Below, one piece after another: positions 24,536 through 34,000 of a stretch of 37,839 nt of DNA (the stretch's first letter is position 1; each line of letters starts with the position of its first letter). Origin of the DNA: a virus (Duplodnaviria > Caudoviricetes); the IMG/VR virus record IMGVR_UViG_3300032335_000094, positions 1 to 37,839 of that record; one strand, given 5' to 3'. The translations under genes and the position numbers were made by a program. Under the pieces are notes generated by a model that saw only the letters and a program-made list of their open reading frames with translations, did not search any database and was not told where the DNA came from.

Positions 24536-25084
24536 TTACATGGGCTGGATGGCCGATTTTTGCTGGATTTCACTCAAAAACAGCGCCTTCTCGGCTACCC
24601 GGCGCTTGACCAGCCCCGGCAAAACCTTGCCCCCGCCCTTGGTCCAGACCATGAACGCCTCGGCAGCGCCCTCCCAATCCCCTCGGTTGGCCCTCATGCG
24701 GATGGTGGACCGCTGGAGGTTGCCTAGCCCGAAATTGAAGGATATAGAGACCAGAGCGTCAAAGCTGCCTTGACGGCCAACACAGCCGGGAACAAGTCGA
24801 AGAACACCACGTTCAAAAGACGCGACGTCAGCGCGGAATAGTTCGTCGATCTCCGTTTTTGTCCAGACACGGTTGTCCTCCGGTTTGAGTGGGAACTCGC
24901 TGCGAATCATGGGAATGTCGTCTTTGGTCTTGCCGGGTGGCCTGACCACGGGAAGCCTGATCTGCTCTTGGTACAGGACGTGGCCGTAGCCAATCGTCCA
25001 GATGACTGCTGGGCAAAGGTAAGGCCGAGAGCGAAAGCCCTCGTACCTGTGCATCAGGTCTTCACCTGCCTTGCTCAGTTTCAC
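24536..25084 (-). CDS. Endolysin, phage lysozyme (GH24)
   Basis: YEGFRSRPYLCPAVIWTIGYGH catalytic region, FDALVSISFNFG, GLVKRRVAE; GTG start overlapping the holin stop. Confidence 0.93.
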   Translation of the reverse strand: MKLSKAGEDLMHRYEGFRSRPYLCPAVIWTIGYGHVLYQEQIRLPVVRPPGKTKDDIPMIRSEFPLKPEDNRVWTKTEIDELFRADVASFERGVLRLVPGCVGRQGSFDALVSISFNFGLGNLQRSTIRMRANRGDWEGAAEAFMVWTKGGGKVLPGLVKRRVAEKALFLSEIQQKSAIQPM

Positions 25085-25584
25085 TTCTTGCTCCAAGTTC
25101 TTGAGCCGAACCAGAAGCCCAAAATTCCACCAAGCATGGCCGTCTCGTCGCTGGAGAAAATCAGGTCCGAGTAGCGGATAACGTCATCCATGCTCTGGAT
25201 CAACTGGGGGTGATGCCAGAGGTAGAAGCACATGAAAGCGTTGACCGCCACAAGCTCCAAAACGAAGATGTAGGTCACCGTAGGGCGTACTGTGCCAACG
25301 TAGCTGGAAACCCACGTAGCAGCCTTCTCAAGCACCTTGGCGTCATGCTCAAGCGCTGCCTCGGTCATTCGGGCGTCAGTCTCCATTGCCACCTGCTCGG
25401 TGCGGATTTCCTCGACCTTGGCTTGTGCGGCAAAGCCAGCAGCAGCCAGAGCCAGTTCGCGTTCCGTCTGGACAGCAGCCAAGGCAAGTTCGTGCTTCTG
25501 GTCAGCCTTGTTCTGGAAATACTCCAGCAGCTTGGGCAGACCGGAGATCAGCAGACCCCCAAGAGTTGAAAATAGTGAAAGCAT
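25081..25584 (-). CDS. Putative holin (3TM-holin-like)
   Basis: Hydrophobic N-terminus, VRPTVTY, C-terminal GFWFGSR; adjacent to the endolysin. Confidence 0.7.
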   Translation of the reverse strand: MLSLFSTLGGLLISGLPKLLEYFQNKADQKHELALAAVQTERELALAAAGFAAQAKVEEIRTEQVAMETDARMTEAALEHDAKVLEKAATWVSSYVGTVRPTVTYIFVLELVAVNAFMCFYLWHHPQLIQSMDDVIRYSDLIFSSDETAMLGGILGFWFGSRTWSKK

Positions 25585-26192
25585 CAGTTACCCCTTTTTG
25601 TCAACATGGCGCTGGCGATCTCCAGCATGAATTTTACTTGTTGGATGTCTTGCGGTGGCTCTGTCCAACCCACCGTAATCTGACCAACAAACCGATAACT
25701 GTCCGGCGGTACGCTCACCCGGCAGGTGTACCCCACGCCCTTTTCCAAGTACCACAGGCCCACTTCTGATTGAGCGTAGCGGTACTCCCCGCAAGGTATC
25801 TCATTGGTCATCAGCTTGACCACATCCGAGTTGTTGGCTGAGTTCTGGCTAAACAGCCCAACGTCAATGTCCTCGATGCTCTTGTCCCGGCCATCTTTTG
25901 TGTAGGCCCGGTACACCGTCCGGCTGTTGAACAACGGGTTGACCTTGAACACCGCCACCACCGTGGCCCCCGTCTTCTTCATCAACATAGAACCTGCGTC
26001 GTCGGCGCGACTGGTATTGATCTCCGGCAGCTTCTTGGACTCTTTGTAAGCGTCCAGCATGAAGGTTTGGTTTTGCCAGAGGAAGTAACCAGAAAACGCA
26101 ATCACGCCCATCAAGATGATGGCAAACAGCTTAAACGGCGAGTCCACATAGGACAGCACCTTGTCAACAATGGACTCTGGTTTGTCGCTCAT
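25584..26192 (-). CDS. Single-pass membrane protein resembling T4 holin T (TM plus GAF-like domain)
   Basis: One TM then W....F...YKESK, ATVVAVFKVNP, FVGQITVGW; lies in the lysis cassette. Confidence 0.6.
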   Translation of the reverse strand: MSDKPESIVDKVLSYVDSPFKLFAIILMGVIAFSGYFLWQNQTFMLDAYKESKKLPEINTSRADDAGSMLMKKTGATVVAVFKVNPLFNSRTVYRAYTKDGRDKSIEDIDVGLFSQNSANNSDVVKLMTNEIPCGEYRYAQSEVGLWYLEKGVGYTCRVSVPPDSYRFVGQITVGWTEPPQDIQQVKFMLEIASAMLTKRGN

Positions 26193-26635
26193 CGCAGGTG
26201 CAGCATATACAAGATGATGCCGTAGATCAGCAATACAGAAAGAACCAACGACGCCACGCCAACCGCGATGTACTCCACAAGCTGGGCAAGTTGCTCCTTG
26301 CGTCTTTGTGCTTCACGCTCGGCCTCTTCCTTGGCCTCCCTGCGCTTACGGGCGGCAGCGGCTTGGAACTTCTGCCAGTCACCCCACATGCCCGGACGGC
26401 CAGCGTAGACCATCCGCTCACGCAGCTCTTCTTCTTGTTGCTTGAGTTGCTCCAGCGCCATGAATTCTTCAAGGTCAGAGCCGCCACCTTTCTTGGTGAC
26501 GTTTTCCTGAATCTTGGCCTTGTTGTCAAAGTAGTCGAAGACCCGTGATCCGAGCTGGTGCAACTCCTTGCCGTTCGCCAGTGCGCCTTTGATTACTGCG
26601 AAGGCTGCATTCGCTGCTGCAATTTCGGCGATCAT
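26189..26635 (-). CDS. Coiled-coil protein with C-terminal TM helix
   Basis: 148 aa, RBS GAGGTG, coupled at both ends. Confidence 0.8.
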   Translation of the reverse strand: MIAEIAAANAAFAVIKGALANGKELHQLGSRVFDYFDNKAKIQENVTKKGGGSDLEEFMALEQLKQQEEELRERMVYAGRPGMWGDWQKFQAAAARKRREAKEEAEREAQRRKEQLAQLVEYIAVGVASLVLSVLLIYGIILYMLHLR

Positions 26636-26724
26636 CTCAACACCTCAATAAATATCTTGGCGCACCAGACGACAAGCCCAATAACGAGGACCGCAGCGAC
26701 AAAGCTGACGGCCCAGTCTTTCAT
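26632..26724 (-). CDS. 30-aa transmembrane peptide
   Basis: Hand translation MKDWAVSFVAAVLVIGLVVWCAKIFIEVLR; fills the gap, ATGA-coupled downstream. Confidence 0.65.
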   Translation of the reverse strand: MKDWAVSFVAAVLVIGLVVWCAKIFIEVLR

Positions 26725-26726
26725 GG

Positions 26727-26933
26727 TCAGATCCCAAAGAGCTTCTTGACCAACTCAGCCGCAACACCGGGGCCAAGCAAAACGGCAGCGATCACTGCGT
26801 AAAGCAGATACTCGATCTTGGTCATGCGCTTTGAGCCTTCGTCAAAACGCGCTTGAATGCCCTCGTACCGCTGTGCGCAGACAGCTTCATGAACAGACAG
26901 GCGTGCGTCTGTTGCGTCAATTTGATCAGCCAT
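26727..26933 (-). CDS. XhlA-like small membrane protein
   Basis: HEAVCAQRY coiled coil plus C-terminal TM. Confidence 0.7.
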   Translation of the reverse strand: MADQIDATDARLSVHEAVCAQRYEGIQARFDEGSKRMTKIEYLLYAVIAAVLLGPGVAAELVKKLFGI

Positions 26934-27094
26934 CACTCGTCCTTTTTTGCATCCTCGGGAGGAGCAAGTTGCGCGTCGGCTTGGGTCTTGATCTTCATCG
27001 CCACAGGGTAGGCCCCTGACTTTGTTGGTAACTCACTGAGCCCAGCAAGAATCAAGTTGATGTCGTCGATGGTGAGGTTTTCAAGTGTGATCAT
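26933..27094 (-). CDS. Hypothetical protein (53 aa)
   Basis: MITLENLTIDDINLILAGLSELP...KIKTQA; coupled at both ends. Confidence 0.75.
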   Translation of the reverse strand: MITLENLTIDDINLILAGLSELPTKSGAYPVAMKIKTQADAQLAPPEDAKKDE

Positions 27095-27573
27095 GGTTGT
27101 GTAGGCCAGTTGATAGTCCAAGGGAAGCCAGCTTGTGTCGTGATATCACGCAGGGCTTGGCGGTGTGCAGCCCATGCAGTCTTGTCTGCGGTGCTGTCGG
27201 CAATCTGTGTCCAGTCGCTGTCTTTCAGCTTGTCGGTGCGTTGTTGACGCACAGCTTTGGCTTGCTCCGCATCTTTGGCAGCCTTGTAAGCAGCCTCCTG
27301 CTCGGCAGCGGTTGTTTCTCCGTCGGTGAAGACAGGGCCAAGCACGTACTTGGTGTACCACTTGCCGTCAGCTTGCTCCACGCCAGCGGCTTGGCTGTAC
27401 TGATACACCGTGCCGCCTGTTGCCTGCGGTCCTTCAAAGACAACATCAGCGCCCAAGCTGTTCAGGATTTCTTCTGTGGTCTGTCCCCATGTAGGTCCAC
27501 CGTTGGCTTGCTGGTACGCACGGAACTCCGCCTCGTACATCACTGCACCTGTTTCTCTGATTCGTACTTGCAT
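27091..27573 (-). CDS. Tail fibre assembly chaperone
   Basis: C-terminal VRQQRTDKLKDSDWTQIAD...WAAHRQALRDIT.Q.GFPW.I.WP; RBS AAAGGA. Confidence 0.85.
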   Translation of the reverse strand: MQVRIRETGAVMYEAEFRAYQQANGGPTWGQTTEEILNSLGADVVFEGPQATGGTVYQYSQAAGVEQADGKWYTKYVLGPVFTDGETTAAEQEAAYKAAKDAEQAKAVRQQRTDKLKDSDWTQIADSTADKTAWAAHRQALRDITTQAGFPWTINWPTQP

Positions 27574-27583
27574 GATTTTTCCT

Positions 27584-28102
27584 TTAGGTAAGGTAGGCAA
27601 AGCCCAGTTTATTGTTTTTGCAGCGCCATTCAACGGTTGGCTTTGGAATTCCAATGCACTTTGCTGCCTCGGTTGCGGATGTCCAGATTCCATGCGGAGT
27701 GGCGACTATCTTTGCGCGGTAGTGTTTGCCACCACTGGTTGCTGCGCTGATCTTAGCCTTGACTTCTGGCCTGTGCATTACGTTTCTTTCGCCAGCAGAC
27801 CACGGATGCGGCTTGCCTGTGTTGGCCTCTGAAATCAGCGCTTTTGTCTTGTCGCTCATCACTTTGCCGAGGTTGCCATCCCGCAGATTGTCTTCATTTG
27901 TTCCGCAGAAAACATTGTCGAGGCTGTACGGGCCAACATCACCATGACGCCTCATGCAGAACTTGCCGCGACCGCGACCGCGCTGCCCCCATTTATTAGT
28001 CGCCATCCACCAGTCGCGCCACTGTTCAAACGTGAACAAGAACTCGACACCGCGCTGCTTTGCGTTGCTCTTGTGCTGTGTGAATGCTTTTCTCATGCTC
28101 AA
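27584..28102 (-). CDS. Free-standing putative homing endonuclease (HNH-like core plus NUMOD3-like repeats)
   Basis: AKQRGVEFLFTFEQW..WW, CMRRHGDVGPYSLDNV...TNEDN, GKVMSDKTKALISEANTGK, EVKAKISAA, C-terminal HTH-like segment. Confidence 0.75.
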   Translation of the reverse strand: MSMRKAFTQHKSNAKQRGVEFLFTFEQWRDWWMATNKWGQRGRGRGKFCMRRHGDVGPYSLDNVFCGTNEDNLRDGNLGKVMSDKTKALISEANTGKPHPWSAGERNVMHRPEVKAKISAATSGGKHYRAKIVATPHGIWTSATEAAKCIGIPKPTVEWRCKNNKLGFAYLT

Positions 28103-30048
28103 CTCACGGCAAGGAAAATGTACGAAACGCCGTTACTGTTAGCCAAGTTGCCGCCAGCGTTGCTCAATTCAAAACCAGAAGAGGCAGTGTCCACCCAGTC
28201 GGTCCCAGTGACTTCAGCGGCTGTTGTGTTCAGTGTGAGGTAGGGGTCGTTACCAGACACGATGCCGCGAGCAGAGTCCCACACCAGCCAGTTGCCCGTG
28301 GTGCTGGCAGCCTTGATAAGCACGAACCTTGCACCACCTGTGAAGCCGCAGTCGATCACCTGTGTTGCGCCTGTGCCTGTAAATGTACCAACTTTGCTCA
28401 CGCCGGGGCAGGTTGCAAAGAGGTAGGCAACATAGGTGCTACCCGCATTGTTTGCCAACTGTCCTGACGCACCAATTAACGTAAACGAACTGGCAGTAGG
28501 CTGCCCTGTTAAAAACCCTTGATTTGCATACGTATCAGAAGGCACGGTATTTGTTAAATCCAACCTTCCAAAACGCATAGTGGTGGAGGTTAAATTAGCA
28601 AACACAGCCCAACCAGCCGCACCACCTCTTTGTTTAATAATCATCAACTCAGGTATTGCTTGCAAATTGTGAGCAACAGTAAGGTTTGGGGTTGTCCCCG
28701 TATAGCAAACTTCATCAAAGAAGCCGGGGGCGCGTTGGAATACCCAGTTGGCATAGGATGAACCGGAATAGTTCACAAACGCATCCGGGTCGCTTCCAAC
28801 AGCAACACTTCTGTTATTTAGCGCATTTACGCTGTCTGTTGCCACGTACTCAGATGATGTGTTAGTAGAAGAAATGGTGCGGGGCAGGCCACGGAGACGG
28901 TCGTACCACTGCACCCCCGTTCCAAACGTATTTAATAAATTTTTACTTATAAAAAGATCGGGCGCAAATGGAACTGAGATATTTGCGTTACTGCCAGTAC
29001 CTGCCCAAACCCCGGGGTTGAACACACTAGTCCCCGTTGTCGGCACTTTCATCGGGCCACGGCGTATGGCGATGTAGATGAATGTTCCGGAAGCAGAAAA
29101 TCCAACAGCAGAAAAACCTGTGGCCGTTGGGTTTCCTTGGGCAAACGTAGTCTCTGAATTTGGTAAGTTTGCAAACAAACGTGCATCGTCAGAAAGTGAC
29201 CACCCGCGCATGATGTCCAACATAAACCAAGACCCGGTGTCGTCAGTCTGTTTAATCATTACCCATTGAGGCTCGTACCCGAGATTCACTGTTGCATTAC
29301 CGCTGCCGTCAGCGGTAAACGACCCACACGAAATCACATTGTCCGTACCCGTCAGGCCAAAACCTCCTGCGTCATGGGCAAAAAGGTAGGCTACATATGT
29401 ACCGCCCGAAGCGTTGACTGTTGTGTCAGTGCCGAGGCTAAACACTGTGCTTGTCGGTGTTGTGCTATTCCAGCGCGTAGCGCCTGTGGCTACCGCTGCT
29501 GTGGAGTTCAACACCATGTATTCGGTGTTGGCAAGGCTGCGGTGGTACACCTGCCAATCGGCTGTAGTGTCCGTGCGCTTAACCATGATACACCCCGGCA
29601 CAGAGCCAAGATTGTGCGCAATAGTTCTGTTTGAACCCGTCCCTGTATACGTCACAACATCAAAGAATTTTGCTTGCTCTCGGAGTGTCCATGAGACGTA
29701 GTTAGCGGCGGAAGAATTGACGTTTGCGCCTCCAGTAAAGCCGTTGGAGTTAAAAGCATTGACAAACGTAGAGCCAGATAGCTGTTGGTTGGTGCTATTT
29801 GATGAAATGTAGTTGACGCCACGAACGGTATCAGTCCAAACCCAATTTACCCCGCCAGCGCGGTTCATCACAACCACCAATCCGCCCTTACCCGCCAGAT
29901 CAATTCCGTTGGTAATGGTCTGAGTACCGCCGTTGCCCACGTACAGCCAAGTGCTGAATACGTCTTCGATGTAATTGGCAACTGTCGTACCAAGCGTCAA
30001 GCCAAACCCCTGTGCCGAGGCCGCGCCTTTTGTTTCAAGTAATGGCAT
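28099..30048 (-). CDS. Tail fibre / receptor-binding protein with about six repeated beta domains
   Basis: Repeats of Y/F-x-G-x-G...H.LG..P....IK...W; upstream of the chaperone. Confidence 0.8.
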   Translation of the reverse strand: MPLLETKGAASAQGFGLTLGTTVANYIEDVFSTWLYVGNGGTQTITNGIDLAGKGGLVVVMNRAGGVNWVWTDTVRGVNYISSNSTNQQLSGSTFVNAFNSNGFTGGANVNSSAANYVSWTLREQAKFFDVVTYTGTGSNRTIAHNLGSVPGCIMVKRTDTTADWQVYHRSLANTEYMVLNSTAAVATGATRWNSTTPTSTVFSLGTDTTVNASGGTYVAYLFAHDAGGFGLTGTDNVISCGSFTADGSGNATVNLGYEPQWVMIKQTDDTGSWFMLDIMRGWSLSDDARLFANLPNSETTFAQGNPTATGFSAVGFSASGTFIYIAIRRGPMKVPTTGTSVFNPGVWAGTGSNANISVPFAPDLFISKNLLNTFGTGVQWYDRLRGLPRTISSTNTSSEYVATDSVNALNNRSVAVGSDPDAFVNYSGSSYANWVFQRAPGFFDEVCYTGTTPNLTVAHNLQAIPELMIIKQRGGAAGWAVFANLTSTTMRFGRLDLTNTVPSDTYANQGFLTGQPTASSFTLIGASGQLANNAGSTYVAYLFATCPGVSKVGTFTGTGATQVIDCGFTGGARFVLIKAASTTGNWLVWDSARGIVSGNDPYLTLNTTAAEVTGTDWVDTASSGFELSNAGGNLANSNGVSYIFLAVS

Positions 30049-30057
30049 CGTGGCCCC

Positions 30058-31002
30058 TTATGCAAAGCGTGTCTGGGAGGCAAACACAGAAAATGTAGCG
30101 CTGGCTGTTTTGATGATCGTGTAAACATACACGTCTACGCCGCTGGCGTTACCTGCTGCGGGGGCTGTGCCGCCTTGCCATCTTGTGGTCACACCGGATG
30201 TCGTGCCGTCCACCTGAACTGCGCTGTTGAAGTATGCCGTGGCACCTTGGGTCACAAGGAAAGCTGCGGTCACCGATTGCCCGATTGCCAGTGCAGTGTT
30301 CAGTGATGTGCCGCTTGAGGCCCTGAAGTTCACCGTCCAGTTTGCTGATGCGTTTGTCGTGTAAAACAGCACCGCCTGAGTGGTGATGTCGTAAGCAATG
30401 GTTCCTGTGGCCGCTGTGGCCGAGACGGTCACAACCTCTGCCGCATCGTTTAGAACCACGGCCAACTTGGCGCTTGTGCCAGAGAAGGTCTGTGTGCCTG
30501 TAAAGGTGTTGTCTGCGGAAGTTGAAAACCCTGCGGGCAAGGCTGCGGATGACCAAGTTGTGCCGGTTGATGTCAACACGTTTCCAGCAGTGCTTGGGGC
30601 TAAAAAAGCCACTTGACCCGCTGCGTTGCCTACCAAAAGGCTGTTGTTGGTTAGCGTTGCTCTGCCCGTGCCACCGTTTGCAACCGGAAGAATACCGGTT
30701 ACCTGCGTTGTTAGGTCCACACCAGACAGTGTTCCGCCCAGAGTCAAGTTGCCGGAAGATGTTACCGTTCCTGTCAGAGTGATGCCGTTGACCGTGCCCG
30801 TGCCACCAACGCTTGTGACGGTTCCTAAAGCACCCGTGTTTGACGCCAACAGCTTGACTACGCCTGCGGCGTTTTTAAAGTACAGCCGCTCGTCCGTCAA
30901 GTTGATGGCAAGTTCGCCATCAGCAAGGTTTCCTGCCGTTGGAGCCGCAGACGCTGTGGTCGTGCGATAGAGTTGGATTGGTGTGAAGCCTGTTGCAGCC
31001 AT
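30058..31002 (-). CDS. Tail fibre protein
   Basis: N-terminal LADGELAINLTD.RLYFK, GTVTSV and LPVANGGTG fibre motifs. Confidence 0.8.
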   Translation of the reverse strand: MAATGFTPIQLYRTTTASAAPTAGNLADGELAINLTDERLYFKNAAGVVKLLASNTGALGTVTSVGGTGTVNGITLTGTVTSSGNLTLGGTLSGVDLTTQVTGILPVANGGTGRATLTNNSLLVGNAAGQVAFLAPSTAGNVLTSTGTTWSSAALPAGFSTSADNTFTGTQTFSGTSAKLAVVLNDAAEVVTVSATAATGTIAYDITTQAVLFYTTNASANWTVNFRASSGTSLNTALAIGQSVTAAFLVTQGATAYFNSAVQVDGTTSGVTTRWQGGTAPAAGNASGVDVYVYTIIKTASATFSVFASQTRFA

Positions 31003-34000
31003 TAGAAAGTTCCCCCGTTGATGCTTGCGGTCAGCGCATTGGTTGATGGATTGTAAGTAATGCCTGCATTAACTCCAAGCGCCTGATTGCCCGTTGTGGA
31101 CGCAGCCACGAAGGGAATGAAGAAGTTGGCGTTCGTGCCCGTCGCCGTAGTGGCTACGTTGGTTGCGTTCGTGGCTGTGGTGGCTGTGGTGGCCGTAGTG
31201 GCAGAAGTTGCATTCCCACTCAAAGCGGCTGTGATCGTGCCTGCGGTGAAGTTGCCAGAAGCATCTCTGGCAACGATGGCGCTGGCGGTGTTTGCGCTCG
31301 TAGCTGTTGTTGCCGAGTTCGGGATGCTCGTCAAGCCTGCGCCAGATCCAGTGAACTGCGTGGTGGCTGTGATGGTTGTGCCGCGCACCGTAGAAGCGGT
31401 TGTTGCGCCAACAGAGGCTCCGTCAATCGTGCCGCCAGTGATCGCCACGGAGTTGGCGTTCTGCGTGGACATTGTCCCCAGACCAGTGATGGCCGTGTTG
31501 GGAATGGTTGTCGAGGCGGTCATGGTGCTCGTGCCGTTGCCGAACACGTAACCTGTAAGCGTCGTAGCCCCTGTACCGCCGTTTGCGGGGACCAAAGTAC
31601 CGCCGAGGGTCAGAGTGCCGGAAACGGTGATCGGCCCACCTGAGAGCGTCAGACCGGTTGTTCCGCCAGATCCACTCACGCTGGTCACCGTACCGCCAGC
31701 CGCAGGGGTGGCATTGATCGTGATGCCGCCAGCCGAGTTGCTGATTGAGACGTTTGTGCCAGCAGTCAAAGTCGCCAGCGAGTAACCTGTGCCGTTGCCA
31801 ATTGCCAGTTGACCGTTCGTTGGTGTCGCGGTCAAGCCCGTTCCACCGTAAGCCACGCCAATTGCTGTTGCATTCCAAGTTCCACCAGTCAGAGTTCCAA
31901 CAGCGGTGATACCAGTGTACGAACCGCTCAAACGACCCGTTGGAAGAGTTCCAGAGGTGATGTTGGTGGCGTTGGTGGTGTCTGTCGTTGCGGAGGCTGC
32001 AAGGCCCGATACAGCTCCAGAGGCGATGGCAATCGCGGTGTTGGTGACGGAAGTCACCTGTCCTTGCGCGTTGACAGCAAAGACTGGAACCTGTGAGGCA
32101 GAACCGTAGGTGGCCGCAGACACCCCAGAGTTGGCGATGGCAACCGTAACTGCGGAAGACCCGTTGTAGCTCGTACCGCTCAAGCCCGTGCCTATTGTTA
32201 AAGCGTTGGGGTTGACGGCGGTAATCGTTGCCGAACCACCCAAAGAGATCGCCGTACCGTTGACGGTGATTGAGCTGTTTGTTAACCGCGAGTTCGGGAA
32301 TGTTCCGGAGGTGACTTGAGAGGCAGCAATTGCGATTGCAGTGTTGCTGGCACTGGTCACCTGACCCTGAGCGTTGATCGCAAGGGTTGGAACGTTTGAG
32401 GCTGTACCGTAGCTTGCCGCAGTCACACCGGTGTTGGTGATGCTGAACTGAGTGCCTGCAAGGGTTAGGCCAGTCCCTGCCGAGTAGATTTGCGCAGAAG
32501 AGATCTGGGCAAATGTGATGTTGGTCGTGCCAAACGTGATCACGCCGGAAGTGTTGCAGGTGTAGGTCTCACCCGCTCCGGTTGCGCCTTGCTGCACAAA
32601 AACCGTGGAGCCTTCGCTCAATCCGGCTGCGCTGCTGATGACGTAGGTGTTTGCATCGCTGGCTCGGGTCAAGACCCAATTGGTCGAACCAGAGCCCACG
32701 CTTGTGACCACGTAGATGCCGTTTTGCGTCTGGTTGACTTGTTGATAAATCAACACTCGGTCAGCCACCGCCATAGTGATGCCGTCGATCACCAGAGCAG
32801 CTTGAGCGCCAGCGTTGGTCAGTGTTGCCCCAACTCCGGAAGCGCCGTTGTTGTACGTTGCAGTCAGGGCAATCGGCGATTCAACACGAACCGGTTGATG
32901 GAAGTGGATGCCACTTGCAATCAGTCCGTCAACGTAGGTCTTATTGACGATGTCGGTCGCATTGACAGGTGTAGTGCTGATCGTTCCGGTGGTGGTCGTC
33001 AACGAGGTAAAAGTACCCGCAGCAGCCGTGGATGCGCCAATTGCTGTGCCATTGATTGCGCCACCAGTGATTGCCACGCTATTGGCGTTCTGGGTTGACA
33101 TCGTGCCAAGGCCAGAAACCTGAGTGTTGGCGATTGCAATAGGCGTTGCCGCCAAAGCCGACAACTGACCACGAGAATTGACTGTAGCAGTCAACGTGTT
33201 GCTTGCAGAGCCATACGCGCCAGCAGTCACACCAGTGTTGGTGATGCCGATGGTCACAGCAGTTGAGCCGTTGTAGCTTGTGCCGCTCAGTCCTGCATTG
33301 ATAGTCAGGGCGTTGGGGGCTTGCGCAGTGATCGTTCCGGATGCGCCCAGCGAGATAGACGTGCCGTTGATGGTCACGGCGCTGTTTGCCAACTGTGCGT
33401 TGCTGATTGTGCCACTTAGATCCGATGTTGGGACTGTTGCGCTAGCCGTCATAACTGACGTGCCGTTGCCCTTGACGTACCCGGTCAACGAGTTCGCACC
33501 AGTTCCGCCGCTTGCGGCATTCAATACGCCACCCAATGTCACAGCGCCAGTTGCAGCGGTTGAGGGGGTAAGACCTGTGCTACCCGCACTAAAGCTGTCA
33601 ACGCCAGCACCGAGGGAAAAAGAAGCCCAAGTCGAGCCGTTGTAGCCATCAAACGTATTGGTCGTGGTATTGAACCGGAACTGGCCGGGAGCGCCAACGG
33701 GCTGCTCGACATCCGACCCTGAAGGGATCGTCATGGCTGCAGTACCGGGCAACACCACGTTGTTGAAAATAGAAATTGTCGGGTCTCCGCTGCCATTTCC
33801 ATCGGTCACGCTGATCTGGTTGACTGTGCCTGTGATCTGACGACCAGCAATCGTGGCTCCACCAACAACAGCAAGCATGCCGGTGCCGCCCATGTTGGCA
33901 ATGGCTGCTGCAAGGCCAGTCAACTGGAATGTGGGGTCTCCGCCTGTTCCGTCACCATTTGACACACCAATGCCAGCACCGGATGTTTGAAGGGTTCTTG

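Noticed and set aside
28099-30048. Diversity-generating retroelement target
   Set aside because: No reverse transcriptase and no near-identical template/variable repeat pair seen in the window
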